A stretch of 64,000 bases of DNA, taken from contig OZ024741.1 in NCBI GenBank assembly GCA_964016885.1, positions 331,266,001 through 331,330,000 of the forward strand, in the 5' to 3' direction. The notes beneath the pieces were generated by a model. The model did not search any database. It was not told where the DNA came from and worked only from the letters and a program-made list of their open reading frames with translations. The DNA is from Eledone cirrhosa (lineage: Eukaryota). Below are positions 13,506-27,593 of the stretch, piece by piece; positions within the stretch are counted from its first letter, which is position 1; each line of letters opens with the position of its first letter. A program made the position numbers and the translations under genes.

Positions 13506-14192
13506 CATAGCCAGTGTGTTGTTGTTGTTATTGTAGTTTAGCTCCAGTTCAAGTATGACTAAGGAGACCATCCCATCCTTCTCTCAATGATTGCATATTC
13601 TGAACTCTGTCATTCAACGGATGCATTCTTTATCAGGATGGTAAGATGTGTTTTGAGGAATATTTGGCTGTTATTATTAGCCAGTTGGACAACCACATGG
13701 AAGTTTCCCCTTTTGTGGGGCTCATTATTCAACATATATTGTGTGCTTCTAACTACAGCAAATAATTCTGCTTGCTCCAACCTCGTTAACAAAACAGAGA
13801 TTCAACTCATGCTTCATAGCTGAGTGACTACCAATAAGAAAAGCAACCAGCTGTAAAACTAATTCCTCTAACAATATGCAAATACCCAAAATTTACAAAA
13901 GGCACCCGGTCTAACAATGCAATATAAATGTAGACCAGTGAAAAAGAAGAGAAAAATCATATTAAAAAAATCAACAAAAAAAATTCTAAAAATTTGCAGC
14001 CCTATCCCACCCACATAAGTTCTCATATAATGTTGGCAGTAAAAGAAGGAAAACATTTAAAATAAAAAAAATGATAAAATATAACATTTACATTTACAAA
14101 AGAGTTTGGGAAACAGGAAGTGAGAGAATTCATGCCTTTCTCAAGGGTATTAGATGATGATTAAGTGAGGAGGTGATTTCATTCACTGAGTA

Positions 14193-14260
<68 letters not shown>

Positions 14261-14472
14261 ACACAGACATATGTGTATACCTACATATAATATGAATACA
14301 TATATTTAAAGATATACACATATATCTATTCATATGTGTGTGTATTTGTATTTGTATTTGATTATATACACACACATATAAATATACACACACACACACA
14401 TATGTATATTTATATATGGTTATATATTATATATATGTACATATAATATATAAACATATAAATATACATAAA

Positions 14473-14517
<45 letters not shown>

Positions 14518-14664
14518 GTTTGTGTATATGTGTATATATATAGACATGCATATATATATATACATACATGTATATACTTATATATATATATATGTCCCAC
14601 CTTTGCAAGCAGGGAAAAGCGAATGTAAAATGACGATGATGATGATGATATATATATATATATA

Positions 14665-14861
14665 GAAAAAAATTGACCCCGACGGCAGAGCTCAAGCCGT
14701 TTCGACGGCTAATTCTGGACGAGTCCAGAAATAGCCGTCGAAACGGCTTGAGCTCTGCCGTTTGGGTCATACTTTTTCCTATTTCCCACTCTACTACCCT
14801 AAGTATTGAGTACTCTGGTTCGTTATGGTCCATCTGGTTCCTTACCACAATTCCTTTGTTA
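14665..14861. mobile_element. Fold-back element with unique tail (hairpin 14665-14778) carrying the 3' half of a hammerhead
   Basis: Palindrome centred at 14721-14722; GAAACGGC..GCCGT motif; homologues at 42308-42493 and 47764-47986; flanked by (TA)n. Confidence 0.7.
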
Positions 14862-15072
14862 TATATATATATATTTATGTATATATACATATATATATAT
14901 GTATATATGTTTGTGTATATGTGTATATACATATAGACATGCATATATATATACATACATGTATATACTTATATATACATACATATTATATATATATATA
15001 CATATATATTATATATATATAATATATATATATATATACACATATATTATATATATATACACACACACACAC

Positions 15073-15110
<38 letters not shown>

Positions 15111-15419
15111 TAAAATAACCTATTATTATTATTACTCCCTACGGGGTCGATAAAATAAAGTACCAGTAATACACTGGGATAATTTCTGGCCTTGTGCCAA
15201 AAGTAGAAACAATTATTATTACTATATATATATATATATATTTATATATAAACCTAATCCCAGCTTGTTATAAATCTAAGATATAATAAAAAGATTTTCA
15301 AAGTATTGAAGTTATATTTTGTGTGTGTGTTTGTTTTTAAGCAATTGTTCAGGCAAGCTGAAATAGTGGTACAGATGTTATATTAATGGGTGATGGTGCT
15401 GACAACTATACACAACATC

Positions 15420-16990
15420 TCATGTGTGTGTGTGTATAGGGGGAACATGTGTGTGTGTGTATATACATGTGTGTATGTTTGTGGGGACGTGTGTGTGTGT
15501 GTGTGAGTGGACATGTGTGATGACGCTGACAGCTACGCCCAACACCATCCCTCGAATAATTTATGTGTGGCCGTGTGTGTATGTGTGTGCGTGTGTGGAC
15601 GTATGTGTGTGTGTGGACGTGTGTGTATGTGTGTGTGTGTGGACATATGTGTGTGTGGACGTATGTGTGTGTGTGTGGACGTGTGTGCGCATGTGTGTGT
15701 GTGGATGCGTGTGCACATGTGTGTGTGTGGACGTGTGTGTGTGTGCGTGTGGACGTGTGTGTATGTGTGTGTGTGTGTGGACGTATGTATGTGTGTGTGG
15801 ACGTGTGTGCACATGTGTGTGAGGACATGTGTGTGGACGTGCGTGTGTGTGTGTGTGGACGCACGTGTGATGATGCTTACAGCTACACCTAAAAACTAGT
15901 GAATAATGTGTCTGTGGGGGGGGGGGGGGTAAGTGTGTAGATATGTGTGTGTGTGCGAACACGAGTGTGTGGACATGTGTCTGTGAACATGTTTGTGCAT
16001 GTGTGCACATGTGTGTGCATGTGTGCATATGTGTGTGCATGCGTGTGCATTTATGAATGTATGTATCTGATGCTCCAGTATGTGTATGTGTCTTCATGTG
16101 TTTACATGAATGTGTGGATGTGTGCATACATGAGTATGTGTGTGTGTGTATTTGCATGTGCATTTGTATGTGCGTTTGTACATGTATGCACACATGTGTG
16201 TGCATTTATATGTGTGTGCTTATGTGTGGATGTGCGTTGTGTGTGTACAGGCGTGTGTGCATGAGTGTGTACACATATGTGGCTATGAGTGTGTGCATTT
16301 GTGAGGAGGAGATGTATGTGTTTGTGTCTGTGTGCGTAGATGCAACTAGATGAATGTATGTTTGTATGTTTGTATGAATATGTGGATGTGTGTGTGTGTG
16401 TGTGTGTGAATGAGTGAGTTCATATGTTTGTGTATGTATGTGTGTATATGTATGTTTACATGGATGTGTGAATGTGTGTGCTTTTATGTGTTTGTGTAAG
16501 TAGGGGAAACTGCATGCACGTGTATGCATGAGTGTGTGGACGCGTTTACATGAGTGTGTGGATGTGTTTACGTGAGTGTGTGTATGTGTTTACATTAGCA
16601 TGTGGATGTGTTTACATGAGTGTGTGTATGTGTTTATATGAGTCTGTGTATGTGTTTACATATGTGTGTGGATGTGTTTACATGGCTGTGTGGATGTGTT
16701 TACATGAGTGTGTGGACATGTTTACATGACTGTGTGGATGTGTTTACATGAGTGTGTGGACGTGTTTACATGAGTGTTTGGATGTGTTTACATGAGTGTG
16801 TGTGTGTTTACATGAGTGTGTGGATGTGTTTACATGAGTGTGTGTGTTTATATGAGTGTGTGGATGTGTTTATATGAGTGTGTGTATGTTTGTTTACATG
16901 AGTGTGTGTGTGTGTTTACATGAGTGCTTGGATGTGTGTGCGGATGAGTGTGTTCAAATGTTTGTGGATTTATGTGTGTGTTGTATGTAT
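15420..16990. repeat. GT-rich compound micro/minisatellite
   Basis: (gtgt)n interspersed with ggac and ttacatga units. Confidence 0.9.
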
Positions 16991-17138
16991 TTACATGATT
17001 GTGTGCATGCGTTTACATAAGTGTGTGGATATGTGAGTTTAGAAAGACATCTTACTCTCTGTCTCTTTTCCTTTCTTCTGGAAAATATATCTGGTGTATT
17101 ATGTGTGTACATGTACATATATCTATGTATATACATCT

Positions 17139-20100
17139 ATCATCATCATCATCATCGTTTAATGTCCATATTCCACGCTTGCATGGGTTTGGACGGGAGT
17201 TTTCCCACTTGAGGCAAGAGTGGTTGTCTTGCTCGCATAGGACTGTCTCGGGGGTTTTCTATGGCTGGATGCCCTTCCTAACACCAACCACATTTACAGT
17301 GTGGAACTGGGAGATTTTTACCGTGTTACCTACACGGCCACATTACAGCGTGGACTGTGTGTTTTTTTATTGTGACACCTACACGACCTCATTTGTTTCG
17401 GGCTGGATGTTGTGGTACCAACATAACTTTACATTGAAAGGGCTGGTGTGGATGGGGTGGGCGTAGTGGGACGGGGTGTATTTTGTTAGAGGTGCCTACT
17501 GACTGTAGTAGGTTTCACTTTGTACTTAGGTAAGGCGGGTCTTCTCTATTACTGTGTAGCGCCAAAGATCTCGGTCCAGTGACATTGTCTTGGAGAGGTG
17601 TAAGTGTGTGAGGTCGGAATTTATCAAGTCGTCCCAGGTTTTTCTGGGTCTGCCTACTCTGTCGCTACCGTCTATTTTTATTGCCCTGCACTTTTTTATA
17701 CAGCTGTCGTCTTTCATGCGCATCACGTGACCATACCAACGTAGCCTTCTCTCGAGTAAACAACATCTGATCCCTCTTATTTCTAATTTTTTCCTTAGTT
17801 CGTTTATGCTTTGCCGTTCACGTATATTACTATTACACATCCAGCGGAGCATGCAAGCTTCGTTCCTCTCCAGTCTGCGTATATCCTCTGCACACAATGC
17901 CCAGGTCTCACTGCCATGCAACATTGCTGTTCGTATGCAGGCATCATACAGCCTGCCTTTCATTTTTAGGGAGAACCCTTTAGCGGCTAATAGTGGTATA
18001 AGCTCTCTGAACTTTTTCCATCCAGTTCTGACTCTAGCTACTGTACTTTCAGAGCACCCTCCCTCACTGCTGATTTTGTCACCCAGGTAACGGAAGCTGT
18101 CCACTATTTCTATAGAACCATCTGTGCAATGGAATGAGCTAGTATTTTGTGGGCACTTGCTGCTACTTATTGCACCAGAGCACCGGCCACATATAAAATC
18201 TATGTTCTTAGTTAGCTTACCTGTGATCCCACTACATCTTTTATGCACCCATACTTTGCATTTGGGACATAAAATGGAGTTTCTGCCTACTCGTTTCCTA
18301 CATACTGAGCATGGCCATTTCCCAGATGGGACCGGAGCCCTATTTTTGGTGCCCTATTTTCCTTCCTGCAAACTAGAACTTTAGTCTTAGACAGGTTAAT
18401 TTTAAGGCCTTTTGATTCTAGGCCATGCTTCCATGTTTGGAATTTCTTCTCTAGTTCGGCCATTGATTCAGCTATGAGCGTTAGATCATCTGCATATAGG
18501 AGTTCCCATGGGCAGCCGGTCTTGAACTCCACTGTTATAGCCTGAAGGGCAATAATAAATAGTAGGGGGCTAAGAACAGAGCCCTGATGAACACCAACTT
18601 TTACGCTAAACTCTTCAATATATTCGTTGTTAATTCTAACCTTGCTGACTGTTTCTTTATACATGGCTTGTATAGCTCTCACAAGCCATTCATCAACACC
18701 TAGTTTTCTAACAGCCCACCAGATAATGGAACGGGGGACTCTGTTGAAGGCTTTCTCCAAGTCGACAAAAGATAAGTATAGGGGTTTACTTTTAGCTAGG
18801 TACTTCTCCTGTAGTTTTCGTACAATGAAAAGAGCGTCTGTGGTACTTTTACCTGACACAAACCCGAACTGCATTTCATCTAGATCAATTCTCTCTCTGA
18901 TTAGTTGCGCTATTACTTTTTCTGTGACCTTCATGACCTGGTCGATTAATTTAATGCCTCTATAGTTACTCCTATCTAGGGCATCTCCTTTACCCTTGTA
19001 GCAGTTAATGATGATGCTGCTACGCCAGTCCTTCAGAACAACCCCATTCTGTATGACTTGGTTTACTATCCGGGTGACCATGGTGTGTCCCACCATTCCA
19101 GAAGCTTTCAGCATTTCAGCAACTATTTCCGAAGGCCCAGCTGCCTTACCTGTCTTCATATCTTTGATTGCCTTACTTATTATACTACCTTCGACTAACA
19201 CTGCTGGTCCCTCTATTGGGTCGATGTGAGGGAGACTATCTTTCTCCTATTTATTCTCCTCATTTAGTAGCCTTTCTTAGTGACACTTCCAAGCTACCTT
19301 CTTATCAGCGTCAGTGATGGCAAGTACACCATCATCATTACGGACACACTTCTCTCCGACAATATCACGGTTTTCCTTGACACATTGCCTAGCAATCCTG
19401 AACACCTCACGTTTTTGGTCCTCGTGTTGTAGAACATGCTTGAACTTTCTTTCCTCTGCTTCCCTTCTTGCGAAGTACACTTGTCTCCTAGCTTCCCTCC
19501 TGGCCACTTGATAGTCTTCTCTACTTCCTCCATCCCGCCATACTTTCCAAGCCTGCTTTTTGGCCTTAATTGACTCCTCCACCTTACTGTTCCACCACCA
19601 TGTTACTCTCCTCCTGCCTATAGGCCTGCTCCAGCCACAGACTTCGTCTGCCACCATCAGCAGGTTTGCTTTCAGGAATTCCCACTGTTAGTCTATATTG
19701 TACGACTCTAAATGCTCTTCCTTACTGTCGAAAGCATCAAGTAATATGCTTTTAAATTTATTTCTGGCTGTGGGGTCCTTTAGCTTCCATATTTTTCTCC
19801 TGAGGATAGTCCTCTTCTGCTGTCGAGTACGTCTCGTCCTGACTATGAGGTCGCTAATTATCAGTCTATGTTGAGAGGTGCATTCTTCATGGGGGAGGGA
19901 TTTAGTGTTTACAACAGACACTCTGTCACGTCTTCTGGTAAGGATATAATCTACCTGGCTGGTATGTTCCCCTGATCTGTAGGTGATCAAGTGATTGTCT
20001 CGTTTTTTGAAGTTAGTATTACAGATAGTTAGGTTATTTGCGTCACAGAATTCCAGGATTCTGGAGCCTTCCTCATTTCTAGTACCAAACCCATAGCCTC

Positions 20101-20960
20101 CGTGGATTCCGTCATAGCCGTCACAATGTTGTCCAACGTGACCATTTAGGTCGCCAGCAATAATTATATAGTCACTGTCGGTTATTTGGGAGGTAGTGAG
20201 CATCAGTGTCTCATAGAATCTGTCTTTTATAGCGTCAGGCAGTCCGGATTGGGGCGCGTATGCAGATATTACTGTCACAGTAGTTCTATTTAGAACAAGT
20301 CTTATTTTAATTATTCTGTCATTCACTCTATTTACGTCTATTATCTTCTCCACTCATTTTTCTGCTAACATGATTCCTACCCCACCCAGCCCATTGTCAT
20401 TTCCCACCCAGAAAAGCTTATAGCATCGTTTTTTACCCACAATGAATCTAGCAGACCCCCCCCCCCCCACTTGGTCTCTTGAATACAGCAAACATCAACC
20501 TCCTTACGTTCAAGCATCTCTACAACCTCGTTAGAGCGGCCTTTTAAGGTGCCTACATTCATGGTACCAACTCTGAAGTTTTGGATTGCGTTTGGTGGGT
20601 GGGGCGCAGGGAGGGGTGAGGGGGATGGGGTTGGGGTTATGTTGGCCATCCGCGGCCGCAACAAAGAGGAGGGGGCCTTGCCCTTTCGTCCGGCAGCATG
20701 AGGTGAATTTGTCGTTATCTTTGGCATTGTCTTCGAGTGTCCAGATTCTTCAGACTCTCCAGAAATTCCTTAGTCCATCCATCATATCGAAAAGCAACCA
20801 GAAGTGATAGCATAGGCCGTTGACTTGTGATTGGTCCAAATAATAAAGGTGGAGAGTGGGGGAGGGGTATGGGGTAGTTAGCGAGGAGAAGATTATTTAG
20901 AACAGTCAGACAGAATTATAGAATAGCAATTATGAAGTAGGATTTGGATTCTGGGCGATT
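17139..20960 (-). mobile_element. Near full-length RTE-clade LINE (APE endonuclease + RT), inactivated
   Basis: APE motifs GTMNVGTL, CIQETKW, AYAPQ, GDLNGHVG, SQVDYIL, SQHR; RT motifs NYRGIKL, QFGF, FVDLEKAF, GVHQGSVLSP, LLYADD; (TGA)n tail. Confidence 0.95.
17526..20727 (-). pseudogene. RTE LINE polyprotein (APE-RT), broken by frameshifts and stops
   Basis: Collinear ORF pieces 20377-20727, 19688-20353, 19277-19657, 18287-19201, 17526-18248. Confidence 0.9.
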
Positions 20961-20988
20961 ATAGATGTATATGTATATGTATCTACAG

Positions 20989-21041
<53 letters not shown>

Positions 21042-21047
21042 CTACAG

Positions 21048-21094
<47 letters not shown>

Positions 21095-21132
21095 CTACAG
21101 TGTATATGTATATGTATATGTATCTACAGTGT

Positions 21133-21990
21133 AGGAAAATCCAGGAAGACCTGGGATGAGATGATAAAAGCCGACCTTGCACAATTACACCTCTCAAAAA
21201 AATGACAGAATCGAGATCTTTGGCCTTGTGCAGTAATACAAAAGACCTATCTTCCCATGTGCACAGACTGAAGCATACATCTAGTAGGCACCTCTTAACC
21301 TCTATACCCCCTTCCACACACCTCCCACGCCCCTACACTCACTCTCCCACTTCTGTTCACACCCTTACACTGTAAAGTTGTGTAGGTGTCACAACAAAAA
21401 GCACCCACCTCACATTGTAAAGTGGTCGTGTAGGTGACACGACAAAAAGCACCCAGCCCACATTGTAAAGTGGTTGTGTAGGTGTCACGACAAAAAGCAC
21501 CCAGCCCACATTGTAAAGTGGTTGTGTAGGTGTCACGACAAAAAGCATCCAGCCCACATTGTAAAGTGGTTGTGTAGGTGTCACGACAAAAAGCATCCAG
21601 CCCACATTGTAAAGTGGTTGTGTAGGTGTCACGACAAAAAGCACCCAGCCCACATTGTAAAGTGGTTGTGTAGGTGTCACAACAAAAAGCATCCAGCCCA
21701 CATTGTAAAGTGGTTGTGTAGGTGTCACGACAAAAAGCATCCAGCCCACATTGTAAAGTGGTTGTGTAGGTGTCACGACAAAAAGCATCCAGCCCACATT
21801 GTAAAGTGGTTGTGTAGGTGTCACGACAAAAAGCACCCAGCCCACACTGTAAATGTGGTTGGTATTAGGAAGAGCATCCAGCTGCAGAAACTAAGACAGA
21901 AATAGTTCTGATCACGACTTACCTCAGATATGACAAACCGTCTAACCCATGCTAGCATGGGTTAAACGATGGTTAAACGATGATGATGGT
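21133..21990 (+). mobile_element. Diverged RTE 3' fragment with an expanded internal repeat
   Basis: RKTW-like ORF end, then 3' UTR and the acccatgctagcatgg...(tga)n tail. Confidence 0.75.
21370..21855. repeat. 48-bp minisatellite, ~10 copies
   Basis: Unit cattgtaaagtggttgtgtaggtgtcacgacaaaaagcacccagccca; 16-aa ORF period. Confidence 0.95.
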
Positions 21991-22001
21991 GATATATATA
22001 C

Positions 22002-22062
<61 letters not shown>

Positions 22063-22369
22063 TAGATACACATACACATACACACAAACACATATATAAA
22101 TAAGTGATACATGATATATAACACATATGTGGGTGATGATAAAGAGAGAAAGTGAAAGAATGTGAAAAAGAGAGAAAGAGAAAGAAATTATGAGTGTGAG
22201 AAAATATTAAAGGTAAACAGAGAGATTAGATTCGTCAAAAAAGAAATAATTTGTTGATGTATTTATGATAAAATAGTTTTATTTTAAAAAACTGTGTACT
22301 TTATTTTTATATGTGAAAATAACTGGAGATGATTAGAAATAGAACAGCAAAGAGGACAATCTAATTAGT

Positions 22370-22930
22370 TTGTTGTGGAGGTGGTAGAGGTGGTTGTGGT
22401 GGTGACTGGTGGTGGTGAGAATTGTAGGGTGTGTTAAGAGTGATGGTGGTGGTGATACCGATTGAAGGGTGTGTGTGATGGTGGGATGATAGTCGAGGTG
22501 ACAGTGTTGGTGGTGAAGATTGTTGAGGTGAGTGTAGTGGTGGTGGTGTCAATTGTAAGGTGTGTGTGAATGTAGGATGATAGGGTGGCAGTGGTGATGG
22601 TGGTGGTGGTGAAGATTGTTGAGGCGATGGTAGTGGTGGTGGTTGTCGTAGTGGTGAGAGTAGGTTGTGTTAGGAGTGATGGTGGTGGCGGTACTGACTA
22701 TAGGGTGTGTGTGATGGTGGGATAATATTGAGGTGGCAGTGGTTGTGGTAGTAGTGATAGTGGTGGTGATGGTGGTAGCAGTGGTGGTGGTGGAGGTTAT
22801 GGTGGTGGGTATTGGTAGTGATGGTAGTTGTGATGGTGGTGGTGATGGTAGTGGTGGTAGTGCTGGTGATGGTGGAAGTGGGGGTAGTAATGGGGAGTAG
22901 CAGTAGTAGTGGTGGAGAGGGAGGTGTTTA
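22370..22930. repeat. (GGT)n-rich low-complexity tract
   Basis: Direct inspection. Confidence 0.85.
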
Positions 22931-23164
22931 TTGCAGTGATCTTGGTAATGGTAGGTAACATGAAGTGAAACCTGCTACTGTTGTTTCAGCCATGGTACAC
23001 TCTAATTGAACAGACATATGATCAAAGGTGTTCCACCCATGACACACACATTAACATATACATGCAAATATTCATCCATCTATATATCTATCCATCTATG
23101 GCAGTGCCCCAGCATGGACTCAGCCAGTCGGCTGAAACAGGTAAAAGAGTAGAAGAATAAAGAG

Positions 23165-25527
23165 TAGCATTTAGCAAGGAAGTAGCTTTAGAAAAAACAA
23201 AACTGAAAAGGAACTGGTAGCTAAAATAGAAGAGGCACTTAGGAATGGCAGTAGAGCTGACGTGCTAGCGGCGAGAACGGCACTCGGCTAGTTCTTCAAC
23301 ATGAAACACGAGGGTTGTATTATTAGAAGTAGAACACATGCTCTAAGAAACGAGGGAGCCAAAGCTGTTAGCTGGGCCCGAGTGGCAGAGGCGAAAAGTG
23401 GCAAAAAATCCACGATTCAGTCTTTGCAAGACAAAGATGGACGTATTCTACTTGAATCCAAGCAAATGTGCATGGCCTTCCAGCAGCAATTTGCACAACT
23501 GTTCGGGCAAAGCGGTACGTCAAGGGAGGTGATGGACTTCAGTTCCTACCTCGACGGCCTACCACGACTCTTGAGCACAGAAGCAGAGGGCGATCACAGC
23601 GGGTGAAATAAAAAATGACCTAGGCCGCTGTGGGAAACAAAAATCACCCGGTTTAGATGGTCTACCCTATGAGTTTTACATAGGCATGCCAGACTTGTTC
23701 TCTGGCGTCCTCGAAGCGATCTACTGCAACTGGCAAAAGCGTAGTAACGCTGATCAGGAAAAATGAGAACACGGGAGATGAGATAAGCAAATTTCAGGCC
23801 CATAACTCTGATCAACATAGAATTAAAGATTTTGGCCAAGGCGTTAGTAACGAGGCTGGCGCTTGTTGGGGAAGCGCAAACATGTGCAATCCCGACCAGG
23901 TCCATACACGACAACCTCCACTTCATGCGATACATCATAGAGAGGGTAGGGTGTAAATCTGGCTTCGGTGGGGCTCTGATCAATTTAGATCATCAGTCTA
24001 AGGCATTTGATAGGGTCGACCAACAATACTTGGAAGCGGTTCTCAAGGCGGCCAGCTTTGGTCCTGTCTTCAGAAGCTGGATCTCTGCTATGCACACCAG
24101 CATCTACTTGGCAGTCAAGGTGAATGGCTACCTATCGGAGCCATTCCAAATCATGCGTTCCTCCATTCTGTATGTACTGACTCTCGAGCCATTACTGCGG
24201 AAGTTGGACCTATTGCAGGGCATCCCGATCAAACCAGGACTGGAAAGCAGCGTTAGCCTATGCTGACGACGTAACCGTAATGGTGTCGAAAACCTTGAAC
24301 ATCAGGGTAATCGGCGACCTATTACAGGAATACGAAACGTTGACAGGAGCAAGACTAAACCCAAACAAGCCTGTCAGTTTGCAACTCGGTACATGGAGAG
24401 GCAAGCCCATGCCTTCTGACGGTGTCGTTGGACAATGGACGGAAGGACCGGTGAAATTTCTCAAGGTCTGGTTTGGTCCAGATCTCCAGGTGGACAAGAA
24501 CTGGAACTACGCCATCTCCAGGTATTCCTGACCAGCAAACCGGTGTGGCTGTCATTTGTGAGACAAGCTCTTCCACAACTCGTGTCACTAACAGAGCTGC
24601 AGTTCTGGGTGAAATGAAGACCAAAAGTGGGTGCCTGGCACCTCGAGTGCCTTCAGGTGCTCACAGCCCTATACCAAGCGGAAATAGACAATCAGCGGAG
24701 ACTCCACTTCGACATTCTATAGGGGATTAGTGGAGGATAACTGCGATGACGTTCTCGGGGAAACTCTAGGCATCGAGGAGGACAAACTGACAAGTCTGTT
24801 CGGGAGGACTTTCCGTCCAGGGCCTATGGATACATTCCAGAGGTCTCTGGCCTGGCAGTGCTACCTAGGAGCTCTACCAGTTCAAGACAAAATCTACAGG
24901 CACGGATGCCCTGGCAGAGATCCTGCCAAAAGGACCTATCCAAGATGCGAGCAGGACAGCAAAACCGTTCTGCATGCAATTGTTCAGTGCCCAGGGGTGA
25001 CTGACCTGTGGAATTATGTTGAACAGCTACTGTCACGCGTGGGACACATCCAGTTGTCAGCCGAGTCCATCGTGAGGATCACCCTGCCGCCTTCATTTAA
25101 GAATGAAGGACAGGCAGTTTTCCTCTGTCTGGTGGCTATGCCGAAAGAAGTAACATGGTGGATGAGGTTAAAAGGGTTGAGGGCAAACACCTTTCTCTCC
25201 GGACAAAACTCATCCCCTTCTTTAAGTACCACTTCAGAAGGAAGGTGAGAGTGGAGAGAGAGGTGCTACACCCGAGTAAATTCACTGAAAGGTGGGTGAA
25301 TGTGGCGAAAATGGCCCGAGTGAATGGGCCTTCTCTGTATATAAACCTGTAGGTTGAGGAAGATAAACAGAGGGAAGACGGGAACACCTACAAAACGTGT
25401 TCCTGGTGTTGAGGGTTTTTCTATCCATGGGGTGTAAAACAACCCCACAGTAGCGTTACCCCCTAAGTAGCGTCACGTCTTGTAATGTCCCATTTTTGTG
25501 CGCCCCTGTGGCAAATAAAGAAAGATA
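23165..25527 (+). mobile_element. Tx1/L1-like non-LTR retrotransposon ORF2 fragment (RT + C-terminal Cys/His knuckle), decayed
   Basis: KSPGLDGLPYEFY, NFRPITL, QTCAIPTRSIHDN, LDHQSKAFDRVD, YADD, RCEQDSKTVLHAIVQC; ends at gtggcaaataaagaaa then (atct)n. Confidence 0.85.
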
Positions 25528-25576
25528 TCTATCTGTTTGCCTGTCTGTCTGCCTGATGTCTATCTATCTATCTATC

Positions 25577-25965
25577 TGAGAGGACTGAGGACAGATGTCT
25601 TTCTCTCCGGACAACAATTGATCCCCTTCTTTAAGTATCGCTTTAGAAGGAGAATCAGAGTGGAGAGAGAGGCACTGCACCCCAGTAAATTTACTGAAGG
25701 TGGGTGAATGAAGCGAAAATGGCCCGAGTGATTGGGTCTTCTCTGTTTATAAACCTGCAGGGAGCACTTGCACAACATGCTCCTGAAGTTGAGGGCTGTT
25801 CTATCGACGGGGTATTAAACAACCCATTTGTGGTGTCTCCCCCCTATTGGGGATTTCAATTGTTATAATTGTTTGTTTCAATATTTTTACACGACTGTAT
25901 GTAAAATCCCCGGCATGTGTCTTTGTATTTTCTTGTGTGCCCTTGTGGCAAATAAATAAATATAT
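25577..25965 (+). mobile_element. Tx1-like LINE 3' fragment
   Basis: Homologous to the 3' end of 23165-25527; flanked by (atct)n. Confidence 0.85.
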
Positions 25966-26054
25966 CTATCTATCTGTTTGCCTGTCTGTATGCCTGATGT
26001 CTATCTATCTATCTAGTTATCTATCTATCCATCTATCTATCTATCTACTTATCT

Positions 26055-26720
26055 CAAGAGGACGTGTCCAAGATGTGCGCAGGACATTGAAACAGTTCTG
26101 CACGCAATTGTACACTGCCCGGGCGTAAGCGACCTGTGGAACTATGCAGAACAACTGCTGTCGCGTATGGGACAAATACAGTTGACTGCCGAGTCCATAG
26201 TAAGGATCAAACCGCCAGACTCTTTCAAAAACGAAAGAGAGGCGGTTTTCCTCTGTACGGTGGCTATGGTGAAAGAAGTTATATGGTGGACGAGGTTGAG
26301 AGGACTGAGGACAGATGCCTTTCTCTCCGGACAACAATTGATTCCATTCTTTAAGTATCACTTTAGAAGGAGAATCAGGGTGGAGAGAGAGGCACTGCAC
26401 CCCAGTAAATTTACTGAAAGGTGGGTGAATGAAGCGAAAATGGCCCGAGTGATTGGGCCTTCTCTGTTTATAAGCCTGTAGGTTGAGGAAGAGAGCAAAA
26501 GGAAGAAAGGAGCACTTGCACAACACGCTCCTTGAGTTGAGGGTTGTTCTATCGACGGGGTATTAAACAACCCATTTGTGGCGCCTCCCCCCTATTGGGG
26601 ATTTCGATTGTTGAAATTGTTTGTTTTTATATTTTTTACACGACTGTATGTAAAATCCCCGGCATGTCTTTGTATTGTCCCCTTTCTTGTTGCGCCCTTG
26701 TGGCTAATAAAGAAATCTAT
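26055..26720 (+). mobile_element. Tx1-like LINE 3' fragment
   Basis: QLTAESIVRIKPP...WWTRLRG...FTERWVN; ends at gtggctaataaagaaatctatct. Confidence 0.85.
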
Positions 26721-27405
26721 CTACTTATCTATCTATCTACTTATCTGTCTGTGTGCATCTAAGTCCCATGGTCAAGCTTAAACCATTTCTATCTGAATGT
26801 ACATATGTATGTATGTATATATGCATGTGTTAGTAGGTGGGTGGGTGATGTTCCAATATTTGGTGGATGAGTGATGTTTACAGATGGTTCTATTGTCTAA
26901 GCCATGGAGACAGGACAGATGTCTGTTTTGACACAGCTTAACTGAGTGTTAGAGTAGAATTATAAATAGGGAGGAGAGCTATTGGTGGCAACATGTTGGT
27001 AAGTGTTCTGAATGGAAGTTGGACATTACTTACATAGAGATTCTGGTAGAGTACTGGACAACATATTTTGTGGCATATATTCGCGGCTCTTTACATTCTG
27101 AGTTCAAATCCTGCCAAAGTTAGCTTTGCCCTTCATCCTTACAGGGTTGATAAAAGCACCAATAATGCACAGGGGTCGATAAAATAAAGCACCAGTAATG
27201 CACTGGGGTCGATTTAATTGTTGGCCTTGTGCCTAAACCATTATTATTATCACCATCATCCTTTTTAGATGCTGCCATGGATTGCATGAGTTATCATTGC
27301 CTGATACCAGGTGGGTTGTAGAACCCTGTCTTGCACATAAGTTTCATATTTTGCCATGGTTTCTATATATATATATAAAATTCAAATTAAAAGATATATA
27401 TATAT

Positions 27406-27460
<55 letters not shown>

Positions 27461-27517
27461 TTCTACTGAGAGACATAATCATCATATATATTATATATGT
27501 TATGATACCTTAAATTA

Positions 27518-27590
<73 letters not shown>

Positions 27591-27593
<3 letters not shown>

